A DNA stretch of 61,700 nt, counting the filler, from Sphacelaria rigidula (Eukaryota), in assembly GCA_964200075.2 (NCBI GenBank). It is 7 parts of 7 records of this genome, joined end to end, with 100 filler letters (N's around TTAATTAATTAA, not from the genome) between each part and the next. Parts side by side here need not be neighbours in the genome. Positions count along the whole stretch, not along the records: positions 8,830 to 17,558 come from CAXNAA020010253.1; positions 17,659 to 26,387 come from CAXNAA020010254.1; 5 more parts are not named here. The stretch is one strand, 5' to 3'. The notes under the pieces are model-generated. The model was not told the origin of the DNA. It did no database searches and was given only the letters and a program-made list of their open reading frames with translations. Below are positions 12,001 to 23,361 of this stretch, piece after piece; the first letter of the stretch is position 1, and every line of letters starts with the position of its first letter. A program made the translations under genes and the position numbers.

Positions 12001-15000
12001 CGTCCCGTTTCACTTGTGCCGGCTAGATTATCGGGATGCGGCGGAATGACTACTGTACGTAGCAGCGCTCACGCAAATCACCGAGTCAAAGGGCCTGTGC
12101 CGTACGATTTGATTCGCGGGTATGTAGAGGGATGTTCGCGACTCGCGGGCTGAGAGATGCCGAGGAGTTGGGGACGTGTGTTTCGCTGAACACCAACACG
12201 AACATTCTCTTTATATTTTTCGAGGTCTCTCTCTCTTTCTCCCCACCCCCCTTGCTCTCTCTCTCATGCTTTCGTCATCCATCCTTGTTTGGGACAGAAG
12301 GATCGCGCGCAATGCTCCCTTCAATCCAAGCAACATAATTTCTTCAGTAGATTATACCATCTCTCTCTCTCTCTCTCTCCCTCTCTCTTATATTCTCTTC
12401 CACGTTTCTTTGGGCTGAAGAGTGACGCACAACAACGATTCCTCTAGTCCAACCAGCGCACCAAACACCGGAATTCTCTGCCACGAATGTATTTTGATAT
12501 TTCTGTTCGCACACCCTCTCTCAATCGACAAAAGGGAAACGCACCGTACGAGTAATGTCCGAAGTAGTTGTACGCCAGCTCTGAGTTCAAGATGTCTCCG
12601 TACACGCCAACTTCGTCCATGATCTCCAAGTTGCTCAGGTCAGTGCACAGACCCCGCACCTTGTAGGAAATCCCGTACGATTCAGCCGCGGCGTAGCCGA
12701 GCTCTGGGTATTGTTGGACGATGGAGGGGGTGGGGTCGCGGTACATGCTCAGGGATCAACAATTTTTCAGTTTCTGGATGATGGGTGCTGACAGTGGTAT
12801 ACTCGAAATAGGCAGTTGAGTGTCATTCTGCAGTAGTCGCAAATGTATCCAACAAGGACACACATAGCTACCTCAGTCGGACACACACATGCACACACAT
12901 GAACACCGTTCTTGTCTTCCAAAAAAGGCTACTCACCTCAGGCCAAGCCACTTCGAGTCAAGTCAAGCCGAGTAAAGTCAAATCGAGTCAAGCCAAGCCA
13001 AGCCATGTCACGTCAAGTCATTCTGAGTCCACAGGTCAAGTCAAGCCGAACAGAGCCAAGCCAGGCCAGACGAAGCCAACCCCAGATCAGCCCAGCCGAG
13101 TAGAGTCAAGGCAAGACAAGACAAGACAAGACAAGGCAAGGCAAGGCAAACCGAACCAACCCGAAGCAAGTCGAGCCAAGTAGGTTAGCTAGAGTGAAGG
13201 TGACGAAACGAAACGAAACGAAACGAAACAAAAGACTAAACTGAACTAAACTTAAGTCAGGGGAAACCAAAAACTTGAACTCACGTCGAATCTCACTGTC
13301 GATGATATCCATCCTGGACTCGCCCATGGTGTTCTTTGCCCTACCGTCGCATGTTTCACTCTCGTCCAATACGATCTCGCTGATGGCACTAATGTAACTG
13401 CGTCCCACGCTGTAGTCCCTGTGGGCTCCTCCCCGACCACTGTTGCGGGTTCGATCGAACGATCTGATCTTGACGCCCTTGATCATCAATTGTCCTCCGT
13501 GGGCGCGCAAGTTGATGAACTTGTCGGAGTCACTCCTCTGGATATAGCCAATTATTTGCAGTCGTTGTTTTATTCGGGGCTGATATTATTTGAGGTGTGC
13601 GCTGGCAACGAGAAGCTTCCCGATAACGTTGTGGTCCACAACTCTCTCTCTCTTCCCCTTCCATGATAATTTTGACCCCGCCTCCTCCTCACCCTCGAGA
13701 CGAGACCAACCAGAAGTTTCAGTGGCGGGGGAACCGGAGTCCGGCGATTTGCTTTTTACGAAACTGTTTCGGCGAACTACAGAACGACCCTGCTGACGCA
13801 CAAGAGAATGCCAGCAGATAGCTCACCACAATATTCTGTCCGTAGCCTTACAGTACCAACCCATCTCTTCCCCCGTGTACACGTCGACGACCCAAGGAAA
13901 GGGTCGAGTGTTACGATATGCTTCTCAGGCTACCCAACCATCTAGCCTCTCGTGCGTAGGTGTTGAAGAGTCCTTTGTGGTTGTGCAGTACTGTAGATGA
14001 TCTAAAGTTGATACCGCAACGTCATTGTATGGTATTGTACACATACTCCATAAGACACAGACATATGGGGATACAAACTAGGTAAGTCAAGATTCTCCGT
14101 TGAATCGGTTGGATCATGACACTACTTGAAGTTACGTATCCATTCTGTTACTTCTGGTGCTGGCTGCTGTGTTCAGGTGATGAAGGTAACCGAATGGTTA
14201 AAGGTGCCATAATATATATATATATATATATTGACGGAGTGACCGCTCACCAAGAAGAAGCGGTTGACATTTCCATCGTACTCGTCGCCGATGATATTGA
14301 GTAGCGTGTTGTCCTCGATGTAAAGGCTAGAGTCGAGGAAGAAGTCGCCAGTCCATTCGTCGGAAAACTCGTTGGCATCACGGTCGAAGTGGTAGAGGGG
14401 ACCTGGCATCAAGCGCATAATCATTATCACGAAGTTTTAGTATTCAATTTCTACATGGAGACACGTCACCTCCTCACACGAAGTCTACCTTGACTTCACC
14501 GGATCCAGACCCCGCTCCCCGACACTGTGATTGGAATCCTGGTTCGTTTGTTCGTTTCACCGTCACTTTTGCACCTATCCGTCCTCATCACGTGAGAGCG
14601 AAGAACCTTTTATGGTCGACGGCGGCACATTGACTGATGGCGACGGGATATTTCTCGCGAGAAAGGTAATCTCGTGTATTACAGGAAAATATTTTGCCAT
14701 GCAAGCTACTGCTCGAGCGGTTGCTACCTCTTTTAGAACAATCGTATAAAACCATCCAATTGCCGTCTGAGCAGGTCTGAGACTAAAGAAACAGAAATAC
14801 CGGGATCGGGTAGCAACGTATGGATGTTTTCATACGTCAGTTATGTGCGAGATAGCGACAGCAACAACAACACAACCGAGCCATTTGCGACGTCTGCATG
14901 TTGTGTGTCTTCCTTTAAAACACAACTTGTCCGTCCTTGACCCACTTGATTGAGAGAGGAGACTACAACTATACTGCGTTATGTTGCATACGAGTATGGG

Positions 15001-16154
15001 GAGTCCAAGTAAATAGAAGGGCCTCCGGTGAATCAAACTGCGGTACTTATGCTTACTGACCTTTGTTGTTCCGCCCATTTGAGTCGCTTCTGGCGAGAAT
15101 AATCTCCGAGGGGGTGATGCACCCGCCACCTTCGAGGTCTGTAGCAGCACCATCATCATCATCAGCAGCATGAAAGCGTTTGGAGCAGCGGGGACAACAT
15201 GCATGGGATACGAGTAGAGAGACAGATGATTAGCAGATTTCTCGACGGAAAACAAAGGGGGGGTGGTGAATTTTGCGTATCGAACGATCGGGACGCTGCC
15301 AGGGAGTCGTCGAAGAGCAGTTCCCGTGCAAGATGCGGCACCGACAACTCTCGCAGGGGGGACCCGAAGGCAGTCTCATGTAGTCGAATGAGTGATTTCT
15401 ATGCGTCTTGTTCCCATTCAGCGGCGAGCGCCGGAATACCTACTACAAGCTGTTGCACTAGCAGTTTTCTATTTCAAGCCGTCCATCCACATAGCCATCC
15501 ATCCGAAAACTCATCAGGCGCTGCAATCATCACATCAATACGTAGGAACACGGAGTAGCCCGTGGGCCCTGTCCACATACCATTCATCGATATCGGCAAC
15601 AAGAAGAGCTAGCTGCCCGACACATGTATTTCGTTGAAAGTTACGGTTTGCCACCAATAATCCCATCTAGATGCCGGAAGGGTTTAGGCATCTCGGGACT
15701 TTTGTAGTGCATAGTGTTATTGAGAAAGCAGCGATGAACAGGGGACGCACTCCACGGCGGCGTGTACAGAGAACATGCGCATATCTCATACATGTAGATA
15801 CACACAGCCCGCGTACAAGTCCGCGCAAAATTCACCAATACCACACTTCTTCTCGAAACCGGCCCAGAGGGTGTATGTAGTAGGACGTGCGACTAATAAC
15901 ATGCATCTTTGCGCGAAATCGCTGCATGAACGCATGATAATGAGATCTAGCCATGTATGTACTCTCTCATGTGTATTTGTACAGTACTTACAAAGACGAT
16001 CGCTTGAGCTTGACCACCGTACGTTTGTTGTAATCGAGCAGTCCGGTTCCTCGATGGCCTGCACAACTGCGGGTGGCTGCGTCGCAAGAAGGAGCACCAG
16101 AGCTGTCGTAACGGCCGATGCACCGGCGCGACCGATGGAGCTGGTGGCAACCAT
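9077..16154 (-). CDS. Mannuronan C5-epimerase (AlgG-related alginate epimerase). Exons 16154-15992, 15138-15061, 14402-14251, 13537-13285, 12703-12545, 11515-11384, 10720-10520, 10196-10098, 9204-9077; 3' end off scaffold
   Basis: All introns are GT-AG and phases are consistent. Signal-peptide-like N-terminus (MVATSS..ALVLLLATQPPAVVQA). Hallmark motifs FINLRAHGG, GRSYISAISE, LGY..ESYGISYKVRGLC, GHYSYGHQGG, YGFDPHDDSD, HGIIASKRCN, GIMLHRSSD, plus beta-helix N-x-V-Y-x-N repeats. Confidence 0.95.
12940..13255 (+). repeat. Intronic degenerate pentanucleotide microsatellite (TCAAG/CCAAG/ACAAG then GAAAC/CTAAA)
   Basis: Visible 5-nt periodicity. Confidence 0.85.
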
Positions 16155-16602
16155 TTCGCAAATTCTGGATATTCTAGGTGAAAACCAATGATGTGCTGCA
16201 ATGAAAGCAGAGGGGTGGGGAAGAGAATGTTGTTGAGGAGCGCGCGAGTGTGTGTAAGTGTGGGATTTGGTTGATGAGGCTAGCTGGTCGGCTGCTGGAC
16301 GAAGGTTATCCCGCGTTTTGAACATGCAGCTTTATGTACAGAACCAAAAGTGCGGCGCAATCGAGAAAAAGCGGCGAGATAGTATGATCGAACTGAATAC
16401 CTCGTACAGATAATGAAGGTGCGGGGCAACTGCTGTCTGTACTGTCTACAGAAATACCAAACTGCGCGAAGAAAAGAGCAGACGAGCGTCCGCTGGCCTG
16501 GTTTCCATCCGCCGGTTCGCGAACCACAACGAGAATGAGCCTGAAAGGAATACAATACAACTTTTCGATACAACCTATATTATAGTGAATACGGCACGTT
16601 CT

Positions 16603-16850
16603 TTCATTGGCTTGTGTATGGTACCGAGGAGTTGCACTGTATTCCTGTGATGGTTTATGCTTGTTTTAGTTCGCGAACGGGTGGATGAGAAGCAGGCCGG
16701 CGGACACCCGTCGTCTGCTGTTTTTGTTGCAGTTTATAGAATCTGAAAGGTGCACTGTACACAGTACGACAACTCATCTGTACAATCTACTTACTCTCTA
16801 TACCGTACTATTTCTCATTGGCTTGTGTACCGTACCGAAGAGTTCTACTG
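16603..16850 (-). promoter_or_regulatory. Duplicated ~37-bp motif with CCAAT box upstream of the epimerase
   Basis: tcattggcttgtgta.gtaccga.gagtt..actg at 16603-16639 and 16815-16850, reading AGCCAATGA on the gene strand, about 450 and 660 bp upstream of the ATG. Confidence 0.4.
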
Positions 16851-17658
16851 CTGTGTTTTTTAGAGTTTACCCGACCTGAGCCCTTGCACGTGTGATCTAG
16901 GAGCAGATTGGATATAGTTTGGGGAAGATTGAGTGTGCGACAGGTTTGGGAGGCGGCATGATAACGGAACAATGAAGTTGCCGGAAGTATAGTAGGACTG
17001 AGTGTGTGTACCGAATATGAACATAGCATGTTATTATGTCATCGGTCCTCTCCAATCGTGCTCAGTTCATTTCTGGTTAATTTTTCAGCTCTGGTGGAGC
17101 TTGCACGGTGTGTGTTTGGTGAGTGAAGAGTGGAGTGAAGAATGAAGAGGGTCATTACAAGAAGATAATACAGTTTCCCCCTGTCCTGAGCATCTCGTTC
17201 AAGAGTCCATCAATAGCGCTAGCAATAAGGAAGCCCCGTAGAACAGACACCGTACAGTCGAAGACTTTTTCCCCCGAATCTGTCCCCACACGGGAAATAA
17301 ACTCGATGACACAGGGGGATAAGGGAACGTTTGAGCATAGAACTCGCGTGAGGATTTGAACCACAAAAGCAACAAAAAACTAAAGAGACAGTTGAGGGAC
17401 AATTGAGCATTGGATGCCCCAACGGAAGTAGGCACTGAAGAGATGCTGGACACTTTCTACGATGGCCCCGAGCAATGCTGAGTTATGCTACGGTAGGGGT
17501 AGAGAAATAATTTCTGAGATTAGAATTGTTAAGAGCCCCTTATCTCATCCAAAACACGNNNNNNNNNNNNNNNNNNNNNNNNNNNNNNNNNNNNNNNNNN
17601 NNTTAATTAATTAANNNNNNNNNNNNNNNNNNNNNNNNNNNNNNNNNNNNNNNNNNNN

Positions 17659-17866
17659 AAGGGTATCTGCGAAAGCAATAGTGTGCTTTCGCAGATACCC
17701 TTTGGGGGAACGGAAGGCTAGGAACCCCCCTAAATAGTATCAGGGGGGTCGGGAAGGATGAGGTCGTCCGTATGAAGGTCATTTATCATGAATTTGAGTC
17801 AGGGAAAGCACGGCTAGTGAATTGAACCTCATTTTTGTTTTCAGCCCCGATTTCGCATCCACTGTT
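17659..17866 (+). mobile_element. Right half of foldback MITE family A, truncated by the scaffold start
   Basis: Matches 33004-33190, starts with the central palindrome aagggtatctgcgaaagca..tgctttcgcagataccctt, and ends ..actgtt. Confidence 0.8.
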
Positions 17867-18935
17867 TATTGCTGTGAGAGCTTAAACCTGTTTTTAGGCT
17901 GGCCCAGCTCGTACGATGGGAACCGCGTTTTCGCCATGGAGTGACCTCTAAGAATCGGGTACCCTAGTCCACCTTTCGACCAGTGCATCTTGGGGAACAC
18001 CTCGCCGAGCTAGTCGAGGAGCATATTGAATAGAAGCCACTAGATGTGCGATGAACCTGATGCACAATTTACACTTTCTACGATAGCCCGCCCACAAAAA
18101 GTGGATGGTTTGGAAAGGCATAATCTACACGTGAATTGAAACGAGAGAAACCGGGCACGACGAGCAGCTGGTAACTCCAACGCTTGGGTTCGTTTTCGCT
18201 CATGTCGCTCTTCTGAGGCGCTTCACACACCTTGAGACCAGACATCAAGCGCTGTATGACCATTTCCTTCGGGACAGTTTTGGGCTGGTTCAGGAGGGTG
18301 CTTTCGTAGAAAGTGTCACCTTTACTGCACTGGCCTTGTCCACTAGCGCGAATCCGTAGCCCCAGATTTCCGAACATGATCGAATGATGCCTGAACCCAT
18401 TTTTGTGCCGAAATGCCCCTCCAGGCCTTACGCGAGGTCTGACATGCTTTCGGTAGTACCTCATCACCTCATCACCGAAGCCTCAGATACCTCTGAGTAG
18501 GAGCTCGACGAGTAGCTGTAGGCACACGGCATTGTTACTGGCGATAGACACCCCGGAACGAAAAATTAGCCATTTTACAGCGAATCATGGAATGGTAAAT
18601 AACATCGATCTGGCAAGGAGTTTGTCAAGGCGGAAGAAGGCCGAGACGCCCCAACTTGCGGTCAACAGTTACCATGGGGTACACGTGGAGATTGAAGTGC
18701 GGAAGATCAAGCAAACACCCAAGACCTCACCTTGCATTCAAGTCCTCGTGCAGGGCAGCGGTTCTCCATCACACTCGCGACGTGAGAACACTGAAGCTGA
18801 TTGCTTGTTCACACTTCCGAATCCGCCGCGCGAATCAACACCGACCGTTTCGGCAGTGTCCGACGACAGCGTCGTGGAGTCCAGCATCAAGGGTGTGCTA
18901 AGAAGGGTATGTTCCCACGAATACCCGGTTAATTA

Positions 18936-21900
18936 CGGTGTTTGCTGAAGACCAAATTCGGGTCAGGACTTGGACTTTGGAATTCTCCCGAAGTCCAAAG
19001 TCAGTCCAAAGTCCGATGGTTGCGTTTCGCTCGGTTTGGACTCTTGTTAGGAGACGCCTTTGGCCAACAGGCGTGACGTGTAACGCGTAACCGTCCTCCC
19101 GACAACACACGCCACACCAGCCACCTCGCTGCTTGCGCAAACATCAAAGCACACGCCCAGAACATAGCTGATGAACGGGTGGCAGTGGATGTCTCGAAGC
19201 CAGGACAGCAACATATGCACGAAGAAATAATACGTTGAGCACAACTTGACACAGACAGCGATTGACGTGACGTGTATCCGATTTGCACAGATGTTGTTGC
19301 AGACTACAGCAGGAGACTCATTTTGATCACAAGTTTGCACAGGTCATGAATCACATGGGCACCTGACCCCTCTTGTCTTGCCAACATAGCTTCACACTCT
19401 GGTGTTGTTGTGGAACACTAACCAGAGGCACCAGTAGCGTGCAGTAGACTGTGCAGAGTGCAAAATGATGCACGCTCACTGTTCCTTGCCGCTGAGTCAA
19501 GCGAAGATACACCGTAACCTACAAAAATCTGATACGTACTGCCTTTGTCCGCGCTCGAGTGCGGGTGGGTGTAAATTCGTGAATGCTCCTCCTGTAGTAT
19601 TTTCTCTATATTTGCGGAGCGTTCAGGTAAACTCGAGGTAACAGACAACGGCAGGTCGTGATGTAAAGTGTATGATTATCCGAGTTCAGTCCCGAAAAAA
19701 GTATGATTCCTTCAAAGGGCGATAAACACAGTACCCAGATCCTACCCCCATTGATTTTTTATTTGCAAAGCGAAACACAGCACGCGGCACTACAACTGTT
19801 CAGGCACTCTCCGGCGTGCATCGCATCGTGATAGTCGTAGTGTTTAGATGCGCAACAGCACAGCGACCACTACAGCATACAAATGATGGGTTTGGGAAGC
19901 GCCTTGAACGTATGACTCGAGACGAAATAGCTCATACGCCATGGAGGTTTCAACAGAGTGTAGAGAGCACTGGGTGTCCGTGTCGACAGCATTATTTTTC
20001 GAAGAGAGGAACGCCATGACAGTAATAAAGCTCCTCAGGCAGTCAATCCAAGCGGAGACCAAACCGTCTTCAGAAAGGCCTGCAGACACCACAGCGCATG
20101 CTACAGCTGCAGCACAAGAGACAGCCTATGCATGAGTATGTTTATGCTGCAGCACAGTGATACAGGACATGTCCCATGCGATAGGTGTTCCTCTGATTTC
20201 GGATGGGCCATATTGGTGCTTCGCGCGAAAATAATGTTTGTTCACTGTAGGTTATCCCTATCTGTGGGAGGTGAGCCGATAATTCGCTGACTGGAGCACA
20301 GCCAACAGACAGTACTGACTGTACACAACAGCGATTAGCACGAACAACGTAAAGCCGCAGTGTGGCAACACAGCGGCGACTGATTGGTTTTGGATCCTCA
20401 AAGCGCTTACAGAGACATGCGACTACATATCAAGTTTGCTGACTACTTCTGAGACTTGAGCAACTCCCGAGTTCACGACTTTGAAAAACGAGACACCCTG
20501 GTCAACAGCCCACATCGGGAAAAAAAAGTGTACCGCGTACCTGAGAAACAGTCTTTCCGCCCCTGCACTGTACGCAGTACACTTCTATTTATGTAGTCTC
20601 CTGTACTGTCGAGGGTGCGCCATAACCTTGTGATATGCTTTCCTTCGCCGGCTTGTGGGGGCGATTACAGCAGATCCGCGCCGCCTTCTGCTCTTGGCGC
20701 AGCTTCAATCGTCACTCGCTATGCACCTACCAACTCTCCAACACTGTCCAGCGCAACGGGGCACGCACTGCTCGGGAGACCGACCTTGGGTAACACTGTC
20801 CAACGTTTTCAGAAAGTAGTGATAAACCTCTGTACGATTGTCTGAAAACCTGGCTCACCCTGCACCTCCCACAGGTTGGGGTGACTCGAGGTGAGTTCCA
20901 AGATTTTTGCGCGAAGCGCGATCATTGCCGAGCGTTTCTAAATCAGCACTCGTCAAAAAAGGAGAACCCGTCTGAAATAAGGGAAAGAACTGTCACATGA
21001 GACATCAAGGCAGACAGCTGCTACCATCAACCGCTTGGGATACAGCAGCTCCGTGATGGCTCAGTTTGATTGCCCCAACCTGCACGCGTCCGCCTTGCGT
21101 GTCTTTTCTGATCACAGCACCCGACTACAACTGAACTTCCAAAGACCAGCTGCACAGACAGTCGTCACATATCCGTTTCAACTTTGTGTATGCAGCAGTA
21201 CAACTGTTCAGGCCCTCTCCAGCACACATCACGTCATGTTCGTCGTAGAGTGCTTGAATGCACAACAGTACAGCGACGACTAAATACAACATAGAAATGA
21301 TGAGTGTGGAAAGCGCCTTGTTGGTTTGGCGTGAGACGAAACAGCCAACACCGACAGTAGTCTGTATACAGCACTGCGTGCCGAAGAGCATAATTTCGCC
21401 CATTTTCTGTAAGGACCAAGGCAGTGAGAGACAGTAAGATAACTCAGGCAGTCTCAGCGGAGATCCCGTCTTCGCAAAGGTCCGGACACACTACAGCACA
21501 GCGACAGCTACAGCACATGAGAGAGAACGTGATTATGTTTGTGTTCCAGCACCTTGGAACAGCACATGTCCAATGTGATAGGTCTTCCCCTCATTTCAGA
21601 TGGGTCCTCGATTTTTGCCGAGGGCCGATTTTTAATCGCCCGGCCATGATCGCGGTTTGCGCGAAACGCTTTCAATTCACCTCGACTTGGTCTGATCTGT
21701 GACAGGTGAGCCGAAAAACGTGTCCTGCTGTATCGCATGCTCGCTGCCTTCTTCTTTGAACTTCCACGCAAGCCGGATACACATCGCGTTTGTCTCATGT
21801 TGCTCGTGCTACTCGCTGTCAGTGTCAAGTAGTGCTAAACACTGCTTCTTTTTGCGTATGCTGCTGTGCTGACTTCATGAGAACACCATTGTCACACCGA

Positions 21901-22258
21901 CCGTCTTCGGCGTATGGTCTGGTGTATGCCCTACGCGCTATGATAGAGCTGGTGTGGTATGTGCCGGGAGGACGGAAACCCCTCCGGGTCTGTTGACCAA
22001 TAGCATGAACATCTGAAAGACCAAACCGAGTGAAGACCAGAATGGTCAATCGGCTGTGGACTTTGGGGGCAAATATGCCCCCCAAACCAGAGTAATCCTA
22101 ACCGTGATGCGGACTTGGGATCGTTGACCAATAGGAAAGCCCACATCACCAAAGTCGATGGGGTCTTTAAAACCTAGTTATTATACCGAAATCGGGTGAC
22201 ATTCCGGTCTTGCTCTGGACTTCAAGACCGGACCCGATTTTGGTCTCCGCAAACACCC
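18936..22258. mobile_element. ~3.3-kb non-autonomous TIR element, PIF/Harbinger-like termini
   Basis: Left end cggtgtttgctgaagaccaaattcgggtc versus right-end reverse complement gggtgtttgcggagaccaaaatcgggtc. TA/TTA flanks. No transposase recognised. Confidence 0.7.
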
Positions 22259-23361
22259 TATTTACTCTACCCAAGTGTTTGGTAGATTATTAGGTGCGGC
22301 CTCAAATACTCTACCCAAGTCTTGGGTAAGCAGTTCCGGCAAACCCGACCGTTGGTGTGACGTCACTTCACGGACGACGTCGACTGATGATCACCAGCAA
22401 ACCAAAAACGCGTGATTTCACCGCCTTGCACATGATAATTCTGAAGTGGGGCTAGATGCCAGCTCTCAGCACAGAGCGCCCATCACCTGGCGTGTATACA
22501 AGTAGACGGGTAGATATGGAATAAACGAATAGCGGCGACGCGGACCACACTCTACCGAAACCACAAAATATTCATGTCAGTATACTGTAGTACAGGATAG
22601 TATGGTAAGCTGTCTCTACTAAAGTACAGCAATACGACTTGCAATGCCAATCTCACGTATATCTTGTACGTTGGTCCCGTCCTGTGCTCTAAAAATGTGT
22701 ATACCTGACGCACTGCCTGCACTGTAGTTCCGGTATATAGCGTGCGATGTCGACTATATTGCTTGTGAAGTGAAGGGAATAACACAACGAGATGCCCTCG
22801 ATGTGAACTGGAGATTTATTGCGCTGTCTCCACGCTGGTGCGAAGTGTATTCATGCCTCGAGCTGCTTGTACTCCCGTCCTGCCTTGTCCTCGCCATTCC
22901 TACAGTATACTGACGGCACTGCACAGTACTTTCGGTGGTGGGTGATGTCCAGACCGTACATCTGTCAGAAGTGAACACGCAAAAAACAAGTTTGAAGTTG
23001 ATTCTCTGTGTAGGGTCAGGAGACGCGCGAATAAGGGGTTTTCAGAACCGCCGATAAATCATTCAAGTTACAATTGCCATGTCTGATATGCTGTGTACTT
23101 CTAATTACCCGGGTATATACCCTGCCGAAGTTTTGGGCACTTTGTATATGACCTCAGCACTTCACCGCAATTTGGTTAGAGTTGGGTATGATCTCAATTC
23201 CCTGACCCAACCTTTGTTGGGTAAGTATCCTCGTTATTACTCGGGTCTAGAGTATCACTTGAGTATGTCACGAATACTCGAATTTTGAGCGTAGTAGCTT
23301 TCAGCTGAAACAGTTTTTGTTTATTGCAATTTTTCGTAGTCGGCGATTTTTGGCAGTGTTC

